Source: Chrysomallon squamiferum (lineage: Eukaryota > Animalia > Mollusca). Taken from it: a DNA stretch of 64,000 bases. Under the pieces are notes generated by a model that made no database searches, had not been told where the DNA came from, and was given only the letters and a program-made list of their open reading frames with translations. The stretch is from assembly GCA_012295275.1 (NCBI GenBank), contig CM022665.1:13640001-13704000 (forward strand), in the 5' to 3' direction. Of this stretch, positions 14,548-27,389 are shown piece after piece. Each line of letters opens with the position of its first letter. Position 1 is the stretch's first letter. The position numbers and the translations under genes are program-made.

Positions 14548-17055
14548 TAAAATTTAAAAACAAATTGGTTTTACATTGAAAGTCTTTAGTGTTAAATGAT
14601 CTGACCTGTTGAATAGTAAGTTATTTAATGTTTCGTGTATATTATACATTCAGATATTATTATTTTAGATTAATACTTTGTATGAATATCTAGAAAGTTG
14701 AAAATTATTTATTCAGGTCATCTGAAAGAATTGAGATAAACAAAATTATGTAGCTAGAATTATTTTACTCTATTTCATCAGAATAAAATATGAAAGTACT
14801 TTTCATTTGATTCTTTCAATGTTGATAAATTTAACGCAAACAAAATCAAACATAACAGAATTACTAGGTTCTTCCAAATTGCATGTGAACACCACATTTG
14901 TAATGCGCAGCTATTTATTACAGGTTACTGATTGAAGTTTTGAATGATTAACTATATTTGTTTTTTGCTGACCGGTTTTCTAATCAAATGGAGAAATGCA
15001 ACAATATTTCACAGCATCCTGTTTTTGAAATAAGTGATGTTGCGGCTGACAAATCCTATAACTAATTACTATCAATCTTGACCAGTTAATTAGGTTTATT
15101 TGAAAGGCGTAATACTTATCAAGGGATTTGTGTTGTATTACTGATGATGACAAAAACATTGTATAATTTGATAACCGACTAAATATAATGACCTGTAATA
15201 CAGACTGATAGTAAATAGTGTTAATTGTGGTACTGATTATATGTTCAAAACTTGTCACTTCAATTTATTTTTCATTTTATGTGTGTATATAATGTAACAA
15301 TTAATACCCCCCCACACAAAAAAATAATAAAAACATTAATACCAAACCAAAAAACTACTGTATGAGTATGTGTATGTAAATGTGAGTGAGCAAGAGAAAT
15401 AATGAATATTATTGTTATTTTTGACTGGAAGCTATCCATCCACCTGTTCATTATAGTATGGACATCTTTGCATTACAGATTTTCTTATGCAGCTGGAGTT
15501 TAAATGTTTTTACACATACCACTGTGTTTGTATTTCGGTTTCTAAACACCGTCACCTGTTCAGGGAAGACTTGTTTAGAAATGCCTTTTTAATAGATCTT
15601 GGTACATGGAGAATGGTATTTGGTACTGATATTTGATACTGCATTTATTTCAAGAAATAAATTATAATAATGACCATCACAGAATTAGAATATTTTAATA
15701 GTGGTTATTTGATGTCAAACTTGTTGTTGTTGTTGGAATGGAACATTTCACAGTATGTATGCCGATTCATATGCTGGATTTTGTCATTTTGTTTGAATTA
15801 TTATTATAAGCAGTAAGTTCATTTGGCTTTCTGAGGTCCCCACAACTGATCACATTAAGTTGTGAAAAACAACTCAACATTATTGTTACATTAAGTAACA
15901 TTAATTTTAATTGCTTTGGATGAGAGAAAAGAATAATTCAAACAGCACATGAACATTTACATGCACACACACAAATACAACCAAATTTAAAAGGTTTTTT
16001 TTTTAAATATATATTTTCTGTGTGCATACAAACATAATTAGCTGGTTATGCAAAGTAGTTACATGGATGCCAAAAGGGGTGTTCTTCCTTATGAATTTTA
16101 ATTCTTTTGAGGGACAGGAAGAACTTGAACAAAGATTTGTTACATGCATACAAATTATTAGTTATGCAGAGTTACATGTGCAAAAAGTGGTAGTGTTCTA
16201 AATTAATATTATATAAATAAAGAATTTTTATAAACAGGTTTGCAGCTCAGTTCATTTTAAAGAATAAATCATATAAAAAAAAAAAATGTGCACATCATAT
16301 TAATGTAATTTACATTTTTATGCATGGCATCTGCTTATCATCTGCATATGTCACATTTTTTTTAAAATAATAAAAGAAATCCTTAGAATTTAAAATTGGG
16401 TTTGAATGCATAGCATTTTTGACTTTTTAAGATAACCTGACTGGAAATAGCTGTCTTTCTTTTTTTTGCCCTTCTTCTCATTCCTATGCACACATGAGAA
16501 TGGCACTTTATGTTGTTTTTTGAGAAAAAAATGCTACAATTGATCTGTAGAACGCAGCTCAAGTATTTTGATCAGGAAATACATAAATAAACACTTTGGG
16601 AGACCTCCTATGAAAATGCCTGCAACATGTAGTCAACGGTTTTTCAGACTTGAGGTAATTTCTCACACCTGTCTATGGAGTGAGAACAGCATTTTTGAGA
16701 ATGTTTGTTAAAGTTTAGCACCCAGGTCTTCAGCTGAATCAAGATCACCTGTCAACCTCATGCTAGCAGAAGGGATCTTTTAAAAATCAAAAAATCAAAA
16801 TGCCTATATAATAGCAATCTCTTTCTCTGACTCTGTCTCTGTCTCTCTCACACTATAAATAAAAACCTTGATTTAAAGCAAACTGTAAGATGACTTTGTT
16901 ATTTTGTCAGTTGCTTGAAGCAAAGGTTAAAGCTTTTAAAATGTTTAAATCTTTCATTTATTTATTATTTTATTTATTTCCAAAATAATTAAAATGGAAA
17001 AAGAAAAGCCTTTAAATAACTTTTGATTTGAATACATATTTCTTACTAACTTCAG

Positions 17056-17185
17056 GTTTAGAAGACATAACAGCAGACACATTTGAGCCCAGACTAAGAC
17101 TGAACTTTCCTATTGTTCTACCTGTGAATGAACCTTTTGAAATAAAGGTTTTTCCTCCCAAGGGAAACCCGAAACCATCATTCAG
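17056..17185 (+). CDS. PTK7: PTK7 exon, first half of Ig4
   Basis: LEDITADTFEPRLRLNFPIVLPVNEPFEIKVFPPKGNPKPSF, resembling human PTK7 CLPPKGLPEP; ctaac branch-like motif, ttcag/gtaagt sites. Confidence 0.88.
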
Positions 17186-20100
17186 GTAAGTTATTGATTA
17201 ATTAATCACTCAATTTTTCTTCATTGGTTTATTAAATAACATTTAATGACTTACAATCTTTATGTCTGATAATTATTTTGGCATTTTGATACCAGTTTCT
17301 GTTAAAATTGAAAATCCAAAGTTAAATAAATGTATCTTTAATCATTACACCAAACTTAGCACAGTCTTACTTGCATTCCCAAGTTCCAATATTGTCCAGG
17401 CTGCATTTACCCATATAAATTCAAAGCAGAAAAGCACAACAAATATAGAAGAGCCTAGTAAGTTAAGACTAAAAGGATAATCAACACACTGTTTCTATCT
17501 AAGAAGTTGAACGATCAGTAAAAACATATTAGGTTATTTTTAATGTTTTATCATTTTATATTCTTATTGAGCTAGTTCTTCTTTTAATATCATTGATGTA
17601 GATTTCTTAAATTAGAACCACATGCATAGTTAGAAAGGTTGGGGATACAAGTCTTAAACTAATTCACATTAACATTGAATGTACCTTGACTGTATTCCCA
17701 TAACAAATGTTGTTTTTTGTTATTTTTTACTACAGTATTCTAAGTTAATAAAACGTTATACTACCTATAGCCATCTTTCTACCAGTATCTTGACAATTGT
17801 TTTTTTTTTTACAATTTATCAATTTGTTTGTCTTGGTTTTGGACAATAAAAATTATGATATGATCCCAGATGTGAAATTATTTTCCTGAACCTGCATTAT
17901 GTTAGTGTATTAGAAGATTAGTGTGCAAAGTTAATGCTTTACTCTTTTTTGTTAGCTCTTGATAGGCACCAAAACTATGAGAAATTCCCTTCATCTATCA
18001 TCCATAAGGGTAATGGCTTAACAGCAAGGCCAGTTGTTGTTTTTTTTCTCCTATCATTTATCATGGTAATAAATATGGGATACAGATTTTAACTTGGTTT
18101 TCCTACATATGTCTGTACTTTATAATTGGTATCTTAGTCTGGTGTGATAAACATGCAACATTTCTACCACATTCCAACAAAAAATACCTAAATATCTCTT
18201 TGATGTCACATCTGGTTTGCTTTTCATTTTGATGATGTATTGCAGATTATGTTATCCATAAGACATTTTAATGTTTATAATAATTTTCGTTGGTTTCACA
18301 GCACAATAAACAGTCAATAGTGTCATTAAGTTGTAATGAATATAATAAATTTCTTAATTTCATATGAAAATGTGACTGTCTTGAACTTTTTTTTATTTAA
18401 CATTAAACTATGTCTTCAAGTTTACAGAATTTTATTACTTTTATTTAGTTTTATTTTATTTCATTTTTTATTTTATTTTAATATTATTTTCGTACTTTTT
18501 TTTTAATGTAAAATTCTTACATTTCAGTAACATTTTAAAGTTATTTTAATGATTATAATAATCTTGCTTTTTTCTTTTAGAAATTAAAAAAATAATAATA
18601 ACATAAATAAAAAATATTCGTGGTAAAGATTTTTTTCTTTTTATTACATTAAGATAAACTTCCACGGTTCTATGTCAGATATGACTGAAAATCATTAAGA
18701 CAGTTTAAAAAAAACCCACCATCAGTCTGACATGGTGTTTTCATATTACCTGATGACTGAATTATCAGTGTTAGAAACCACATGTTGATGAGCTAGCTTT
18801 CAGCTACTTATACATAATCAAACACAACTGTATTGATATAAACTGTGGTCCTGATACCATAAGCTGGAAATAGGAAACTGATCCACATAACCTTTGTAAA
18901 TATTTGTTTCCTTGCATAGCAAAAAACAGAACTTATTTATCATCATACATCTGTTTTCATAGTCATGCTGTGAAGTAGTATGGATTCTAGTAATTGGCCT
19001 GGCAGTGTGTAAAACTTGTACCTCATTCTGTGTGGGCCACCATGTACTAACGTGTGTTAATGTGATAACATTCAAAGTTTAAAAATAAACAAAAAATAAA
19101 CAACAAGAATGATGAGTCTGAATGTATTTAAAGACATTCATCAGATCCAGAAAAAAAGAAAAAAGAAATGTAATCAATTTCTACTCATGTTTTCATCTGT
19201 TTTCTTTATTTTACCTTTTTGTTTGTTTTCTTTTTCTTCTTCTTTCTTTTTTTTTTTTTTTCTTCTTGTTTTTTCTGTTTTTGATGTTCTGATGTTGCTT
19301 GAACTCCAAGATTATTAATTGCTTTCATGTAAATAGTCCAACTGAACAGATAAAATTTTAGAACATAACATTTATATTCTTTAATTTTAATTTTTATATA
19401 TATAGGGGTTTTTTTCTATTCACTATTAAAATATTAATTATTTTTTTAAGCTGGAGCAAATACCGTTTCACTTTTAAAACACATCATTTACTAAAAAAAA
19501 TGTTATTCAATATTTAATAAATTTTAATTCTTGTTCATGTGTGTGGCTAATTTAGCAAATTCTATATGTGCTTTCCTGTCATGGGAAAGTGCACATAAAG
19601 GTTCCTAAGGGCGTAAGAGCAATCCACTATATGTAAAATCTTTTACATTTGTATTATTATTACATATTCACTTAATTAAAAGCTAAAAACACCCCTATTA
19701 TTATCAAAGGGTGGAGGTATTTTACCCTAACTATTCAAAGAAAAATGAAAAAAAAAATGTGTGTGTTGTGTATATATATATATTTATGATCATCTTTGCA
19801 TTAGTAATGGAACCCTTGCCAAAGTGGGAAATAGCCCATAAGAAGGATTTCACATAACGTCCACTCCATCTCACACAAGTTCTTCATTAATGAATTTAAA
19901 CCTGGCCTAGATAGCTAAATAGGTGACACATATCCTACAGTGACTATTTCTTTGGTAACTAATGAGTGTGTTGATGAGACCAGACTAACTGCTTGTGTTT
20001 CATTGCCAAATGTTCCACAAGGAAACTAAATGCCTTCGTGTATTTGGCACCTTATTTCAGTAACAACATTAATAAATTTTAACGACTGGCTCACACACCT

Positions 20101-21318
20101 CACCAGAATAAGATAGTTAACATATTTCAAATGTAATTTGAACACCTGATATTCTCAGTGAGCTTCTAAAAATTTAAAACACTGTTTCTGGTTCCATGCC
20201 ATATACAGTCTGCAAATTTTAAATCTTGATAAGATTTTAAATGATTATGTTCTTTAATAAGTATGTGCATCAGTGTAATACATGGATGATTTTTCTTTCT
20301 TTCTTTCTTTTTTTCTAGAGAAGAAGTTTCATTAAATACATTTTCTCATTATATTGCAGTTTCCGGTTGTAATATATTTTCATGTTATAATTCTTATCTA
20401 CAGCTAGTGTTATTCAGAACCCATATCTGATTTTTTTTATCTCCTTTGTTTTGTCACAAAAATAAAATTGTTGATACACCATGATATTTGAAGAATCTGA
20501 AGCAACAGCATCTTAAATTACAGAGTGGGGAGTTGTTGTTTATGACATGCTCAAATCCAAATTGTTCCTTGTCAGTCTCTTCATGTAAAATTCCACATAT
20601 ACAAGACAAGCAAAGGCACCACACATGTTTGAGAAAGCCAGGCTGAAGTACCATAGGGAGTAATTATTGGATGCTGTCTGCACACCATATTACTGGATCT
20701 ATTTTAGCTAAGGGAGCCATTCTTTTCTGGATGCTCTTGTCACATTTTATCAGTGCAAATGACTTGTCTTCATTCTATGTGTAGGCAGAGGTATTGTTTC
20801 CTCGACTTTGCAAGATAGGTGATTCCAAAAGCCTTGTATCAAAGGCAAAAAAATAAATGAGCTTACACCTAAAATATGTAGAACAGTTGGTTTGTTTCCA
20901 AAATGTACAAAATTCTTATATTTTGGTTTTTTTAAATTATTTTCTTTATGGGTTTTTCTCACAATAAAATATTGTCATAAAAAAAAAAAAAAAAAAAAGA
21001 AAGCAAAGAAAAGTAAAAATCTAAAGTGTTGTCTGCAGCCAGGATATCTTCATTTATTTTGTTACTGAAATTTTAATTGGTAAAATACATTTTTTGTTTT
21101 TGTTTTTATGATCCAACTAAAAGGTCAGGTTACCTGCAGTCAAGATTTCTTCAATTCTGGGGTTTTTAAATTTTAATTGGTAATGAAATAAAAGATTTAT
21201 TGGCTTTGTTTAATAATACACCAGATGTTATATATTTAAAAAACATTTCATCTGTATTTTTTTCCTTTTATTTATTTACAGATAATGATAGCTTTCTAAA
21301 TTCCCATCAGAATAAAAA

Positions 21319-22090
21319 TACAGTGGTTATAACTCAATTTGCTCGTATATCAAATCAATTTTCTGAATGAAATTAATTAAAATACCATTAATCTGTTCCA
21401 ACCCCCCAAAATCCACCCCAATTTTTTGTAACGTGTTTTTAAATAAGAAAAATGTATGTATAAATGACAAATTGTGTACAAAAATAAAATAAAAGATAAT
21501 TTAAAGAAATAAATTGGTTTTGTAAAGTGTACATGGTTAGGGTTTCTCCATCTTTTCATGGACAGAGAGGTCTGCAGCTTAGAAATTATTTTCATGCCTT
21601 TGGCTGGAGTTACGGTCTGTATCGACTCTTGCTTCAGTATGGTACATATTGTAAAAGTACTATGCTCGTACTGCCTAGCCATGTTGACTACAAACATACC
21701 TCACTCATGTTTTTCTATGAATTCATGCTTTATTTCAATGGACAACATCTGCTTCCTCTTCTCAGTGCTGTCCTTTGCACTCATTTTCTTAGGATCCATG
21801 GAAATATGACAAAATACTGCACAAAACATGAGCACAACACAACAGATGCTTCCACAGTTAGATTACCACATGCAGCAAATGATTGAGATGCAGGATGCTG
21901 GGCAGATGTTATGTTGTTCATTGCACCAGCTAGCAGTGTATCTGAAGCTTGCTTGTAACTCAAATTTTGGCTCGCAACTGAAAGCAAAAAATTTAAATTG
22001 TTCAAATGATATATAAACTGTGTTGGTGCATGCAAAAATGATGGATAAGATACATAGCATGTTTTGATGCTACAAAGTAATAGTTTCACT
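21319..22090 (-). mobile_element. Degenerate Tigger/pogo (TIGD1-like) DNA transposon, internally deleted, in a PTK7 intron
   Basis: From ATG 21799 on the - strand: MDPKKMSAKDSTEKRKQMLSIEIKHEFIEKHE*GMFVVNMARQYEHSTFTICTILKQESIQTVTPAKG, a CENP-B/psq-type HTH N-terminus; TA-CAGTGG end at about 21317; other boundary approximate. Confidence 0.75.
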
Positions 22091-22722
22091 CAAACGAAAT
22101 ATATCCATTTTGATATTTCTTTATTATTCTTCACCTTAAAATCTATAAATTCTGAAATATTATATAATATGCAATATCCATTTTCAGCTTTCCTTCTTTT
22201 ACTTCTGTAAGTCTTGCTGGTTATTTGGACAGAAAATATTTCCTATAGTAAAATTGTGGTTCTTTGGTTGGTTATTAAAATGCCATTCAATTTTGATGCT
22301 AATTTTTCTGCAAATGGGGTGGTCAGTTATGTAATAACTCAGTGTTGCATATCTACAAAACTAAATAAGATAATTCAAATCTTTTTTTTTTTTTCTTCTG
22401 TTTTGTTCATCTTTTTCTCTTCGTTTAGCTGAACAATAAGTTTGTCAAATGCATCCATGATTTTCCCATGCACCATCATAATAAAGTTTTAACAAATAAT
22501 AATAATGAAATGGATACAGATGTCCAGATAAGAAATACAAACCAAAACGATAAGACTAAGATAGAAAATAGTAAAATATTATAGAGCTGTGTTTCACAAT
22601 AGATTTTGCATTTTAGAAACAGTAAAGAAAAAAGAAAAGGATGCATTCACAACAGAAATGATGAATGGTAGACTAGCTGTACAGAACAGTGCAGTAAACA
22701 TAAAAGTATTACTATATTTCAG

Positions 22723-22889
22723 ATGGCTGGACAGAAATGACATGCTGATAGGTGACACAGGTGGAATACATGTGCAGGACAATCGTCTGCTGTTTGAAAA
22801 CCCACAAGAGATAAACTCTGGCAATTACACATTTATTGTAAATAACACTGCAGGAGAAAAAAGACAAAAAGTTTGGATCACTGTTTCAG
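22723..22889 (+). CDS. PTK7: PTK7 exon, second half of Ig4
   Basis: WLDRNDMLIGDTGGIHVQDNRLLFENPQEINSGNYTFIVNNTAGEKRQKVWITVS; tttcag/gtattt sites; lies within ORF 22589-22993. Confidence 0.9.
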
Positions 22890-23154
22890 GTATTTCAATC
22901 TATAAAAATGCATTGGCACATTTTATTTATTTTTATTTTTTATATTTTTTATTATTTATTTACTTTTCTTTTATAACTGTAATATCAGTTTAATAATAAT
23001 CAATCTTAATTTGATTGTACTAAAAATTATGACATGGTTTGAGAAGTGTTTTTACTTGGGAGTTTATTTTCTTTGTTATTATTATCATTACTAATGTAAA
23101 TTTAAAAATAGAATAATAAAAATTATAACCTTTACTTATTTTCATTTGTTACAG

Positions 23155-23294
23155 TTCCACCATTTATTAGTAGAGCACCACAGCCCAAAGAAGTGGAAGA
23201 AGGAGAGAAGGTTGAGTTTAGTTGTCAGGTTGATGGTACACATTATCCAGTCACAACAATCATCTGGCTAAAAGACAACAATTTTATTCACATT
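23155..23294 (+). CDS. PTK7: PTK7 exon, first half of Ig5
   Basis: PPFISRAPQPKEVEEGEKVEFSCQVDGTHYPVTTIIWLKDNNFIHI; ttacag/gtaagt sites. Confidence 0.9.
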
Positions 23295-23925
23295 GTAAGT
23301 CTGTGAAAATATATCATCTTTTCTCATTGATTATGATAGTTTGAACAAATAACCAAAATAAATTTTGTATACTTCCCAAATGATCATTTTGTTAATAGAT
23401 AAGTAATGGCAATTTTTATAACAATTTGATTTCTAAGCCTTTGGTAATGCATAGTGTTAATTTATCTCCCCACCACCAGTATCATTTCTTACATAGAAAA
23501 GAAAATAATAATAAGGAGAAGAATAACAGAAAAGAATAAATAAGTTATAGTCTGGGGATTCAGAGTTTGCATAGTTTTTCTTTGACATGCTACAAATAGT
23601 ATCTCAGTCTGCTGCACTATTATCTGATATCTGTTTCAAATATATAACTGATCTGGATTGAAAAGAACACTGTCGTCTTTGTAAATAGCAGTTTCATCAT
23701 TGTGAAAATTACCATGCATATGTGTAGCTTAATATAGTATGCATGTAGGCTTTTACACATGGCTCAAGGGAACATTATGTAATTGAACATGTCAAATAAG
23801 TAATGTTTTTGTCACTTTGTATTTGGTTGTTGATAGCTGTGCCAGATATTTGTTAATGATTAATTATGTAATTAAGGAAGCTCTGTCAGAGAAAATTTAT
23901 CAATCTTGTTTTGAATGTGTTACAG

Positions 23926-24073
23926 GGGTCATCTCGACATAGGATGAATTTGGCAACTGGAGTGTTACATATAGAACCAGTGGAGCTGAGTGATGCTGGT
24001 GAATATGCTTGTGTTGCCAATACCACGGGCCATCCCATGGTGGACTCCAGTCGAGCCTATTTAAGAGTGAAAA
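23926..24073 (+). CDS. PTK7: PTK7 exon, second half of Ig5
   Basis: GSSRHRMNLATGVLHIEPVELSDAGEYACVANTTGHPMVDSSRAYLRVK (DAGEYAC motif); weak gtacat donor fixed by phase. Confidence 0.88.
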
Positions 24074-24240
24074 GTACATATCATTTAGTCTTTATTTATT
24101 TTTAATTTATTTCAATAATATTTCTACAGTCATATAATTAAATGTACATAATCCCTTCAAAAACCAGCAAAAAAACCCCATTATTATCTTCTTTTTTTTC
24201 TTCCAGTTTCCTTTCTTTCATAGCTATTTATTTTATTTTA

Positions 24241-24247
24241 CACACAC

Positions 24248-24298
<51 letters not shown>
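24241..24298. repeat. (CA)n microsatellite
   Basis: Direct reading. Confidence 0.95.
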
Positions 24299-24302
<4 letters not shown>

Positions 24303-24389
24303 AACAACTCGGTCATAAACATTTATTTATATATAATACTTTGTGTGTGATATTAATCATTACTTTTTATACTATGCTATTAACCCTAG

Positions 24390-24656
24390 GAAAGCTCAAG
24401 TTCAACCCATTACCACAGGATGCATTTTTAGAACTGAACTTGCATGGCAAGGTGGAGTGTCATGCTGAGGCAGACACCCGACCAGTGATCACCTGGATCA
24501 AACATGGGAAAAACCTTGACAGCCTTGAACACGTGTACCAGGAGAGAGGCATGTTGCTTTTTCAGAAAGTCAGGCGCAGTGATGAGGGCTACTACTCTTG
24601 TATAGCATCATTACGACAGCGTTACATCAATTCTACCATCTTTATCAAGATAATTG
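24390..24656 (+). CDS. PTK7: PTK7 exon, Ig6
   Basis: KLKFNPLPQDAFLELNLHGKVECHAEA...WIK...DEGYYSCIAS; KLKF.P.P start as in vertebrate PTK7 Ig6; cctag/gtgagt sites. Confidence 0.92.
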
Positions 24657-24934
24657 GTGAGTGTTTCTACACAGGTTAAATACATAAGTATTTATATATA
24701 TGCATACATGTTTCTCATTTAGAAGCCTTAATAATGTATGAAATATTTTCCTTACAAGAAATGAAATTCATGAAAAAATATGAACTAAACTAATTTATTA
24801 AATATTTTATAACAGTTTACCCTTAAATATCTATTTTTTTAAACAAAAAAAAGAAAAAAAATTTGGCTGTGAAAAGTGTTACTTTTAAAGTATTTCTCTT
24901 TATTTATTAATTTTATGATTTACTTTTTAAAAAG

Positions 24935-25086
24935 AGGGTCCACGTTTTGCTATAAGACCAGAGAACACGACAGCATTTGAAGGACATGCTGTTATGCTTC
25001 ATTGTGTAACATCAGGTGTACCTAAACCTACAGTATCCTGGCACCGAAACAGACAGGCAGTGCCATCCACTTTACCTCGATACAAG
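24935..25086 (+). CDS. PTK7: PTK7 exon, first half of Ig7
   Basis: GPRFAIRPENTTAFEGHAVMLHCVTSGVPKPTVSWHRNRQAVPSTLPRYK; donor gtattt. Confidence 0.9.
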
Positions 25087-25231
25087 GTATTTTATTACCT
25101 ATTTTACTTGGTGTATGTTTTAATCATCTTTTTAGTTGTTTTCAGTTAATACATAAACAAAATGTTAATTTCATTTTTAATGCATAGGTATTCTTACAAT
25201 TAAATTTTTGTTAGAATAGTTTGAAACTGTT

Positions 25232-25373
<142 letters not shown>

Positions 25374-25677
25374 TTTAATGGATTTGAAATTTGAAATTGT
25401 TCTCAGATTTTACCCAGTTTAAGTAAAATGAATAGTTTGAACTGTTTCATAAAATACTTAGGTGATCTAAGGTGCAGGTGATATAATACTATTTTTTTAC
25501 TTAAATGCTTATCATTTTGTATATATAATTTTAAAATTTAATAAATATTAAAGAAAAGCTAACGTTTTCTTTATTAATGGTTTATGATATGAATATTGAT
25601 TTTGATTAAACGTAAATTATCCATTTATTTATTTATTTATTTATTTTTATAATTATTATTTTTACCTGTAATTGTAG

Positions 25678-25798
25678 GTTTTTGAGAATGGCACACTACT
25701 CATCACTAAAGTGTTTATGGAAGATAAAGGCTTGTATGGTTGTTTAGCTAACAACACTGCTGGTCAGATACAAGCAGAGATCTATCTTCGAATTACAG
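25678..25798 (+). CDS. PTK7: PTK7 exon, second half of Ig7
   Basis: VFENGTLLITKVFMEDKGLYGCLANNTAGQIQAEIYLRIT; tgtag/gtacag sites. Confidence 0.9.
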
Positions 25799-25986
25799 GT
25801 ACAGTTTTTTAAAGAATTATTATTAGAGTATTTAAATGTGTTGATGTTAAACATTCATTCAGATTATTTTCATTATAGTTGAGGCAGGCTGTGGCTTGTA
25901 TAACATGAAATGTTAGGTTTTTATTTTTCAATTGTCTACTGGGTTTGATCTATAGCACACTAATTGTCATGATGTTGTCTTACTAG

Positions 25987-26133
25987 ATGCTCTTGATGAT
26001 AATGAAAGTTTTGACATGATGAAGACTATAATCATTGCTGTATGTTGTGCTGGGGCTTACCTTGCTCTTGTCATTGGTCTTACTGCTTTCTGTAGCTACA
26101 AAAGACTGTCTCGGAGAAAGAGAAATGGATTAA
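25987..26133 (+). CDS. PTK7: PTK7 exon, transmembrane helix
   Basis: FDMMKTIIIAVCCAGAYLALVIGLTAFCSYKRLSRRKRNGL: hydrophobic span followed by a basic stop-transfer segment. Confidence 0.92.
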
Positions 26134-26580
26134 GTAAGTAGTTATATCAGACAAAATTCTTATTATTATTGATTTTCATTTACTCTTAACAAATGTTTAC
26201 ATGAATGTTTTAAGAATCTTGAATAAAATGTTTAATATTTAACTGCTAAGATTCATTTCTCTTTATGGATAAATATAACAGGCAGTAATCAAATTAATTT
26301 TTTTCAAAATTACTAATCATTTTTAATAAAGTCAGTAGTGTTCTTTATAAAGTGTCTAATTATTTTGAATATTTAAAGAATAATGAAAGTAACAAGTAGA
26401 TATAATAATTAAATGCTTGATGTCAGCATATTACAGGTAATGATATTTGCACATTTATGCATAAAATCTGAATATATTGTTTCTCCTTCTTTTATTTAAA
26501 GAAATATTTTCAACATAAATTTAGTGAAGAATGATCAGTACCTTAAGTAAATGTGTAAATTTTAACTGATAAACTTTCAG

Positions 26581-26811
26581 TGTCGATTCCATTAAAAACA
26601 GAAAATGGAAGTGTCAACCGGGAACAGCATGAACTTCTTATGAAAGATCGTGAGTCAGGCACTCAGTTTCGAAGTGACAGTGACAACAGATCTCATGCAT
26701 CTGGACTCAGTTCACACCAGTCATCACAGTCCCAGAATTCCCGTAGTCGCAGGAGCAGTTTTGACCGATTCCAGTTTCCCAGACAGGATCTACACACACT
26801 GGCAATAATAG
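26581..26811 (+). CDS. PTK7: PTK7 exon, juxtamembrane region
   Basis: SIPLKTENGSVN...RSRRSSFDRFQFPRQDLHTLAII, with the D.+.FPR motif that precedes the PTK7 kinase domain. Confidence 0.9.
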
Positions 26812-27156
26812 GTAGTTTTCATACACATCAAAAATTCTAGAAAGAGTACTTTATATTATTGTTACTTTCACAAATTATATTTACAATCTTGTTTAATCCA
26901 GTTTTTTTTGTTTTTAAATGAAAAACCATATATGTAGAAGATGAAATTTTTTTTTATTTTTTTTATTTTCAACCTCATTGAATAATTCTAGGAAAGTTGT
27001 TGCTTCATTGAAGAGTGAGTTAAAAATGTTCATCACTTTCATTTTTAAATATTTATCATACCCATTGCGTCTCATCATTTTTCTTTTCTTTGAGGATTTG
27101 CTCAAATGTTAATTTGAACTGTTACTGAGTAATAATTGATATATTTACTATTTCAG

Positions 27157-27389
27157 GTAAATGTCAGTATGGAGATGTGTTTTTAGCTAAAGCAAGAGGT
27201 ATTCGTCCCACTGAGCTTGAAACTTTGGTGGTTGTTAAATCTTTACTTTCAAAAGATGAGAATATATTCTTCAATTTCCGACAAGAAATGGAAATGTACA
27301 GCAAGCTTGACCATGTGAACATCGTTCGATTGCTGGGCATGTGTCGAGAGATGGAGCCACAGTTTCTAATAACTGAATACTGTGACTGG
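27157..27389 (+). CDS. PTK7: PTK7 exon, pseudokinase N-lobe
   Basis: GKCQYGDVFLAKARGIRPTELETLVVVKSLLSKDE...FRQEMEMYSKLDHVNIVRLLGMCREMEPQFLITEYCDW, closely matching human GEVFLAKA...LVLVKSL. Confidence 0.95.
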
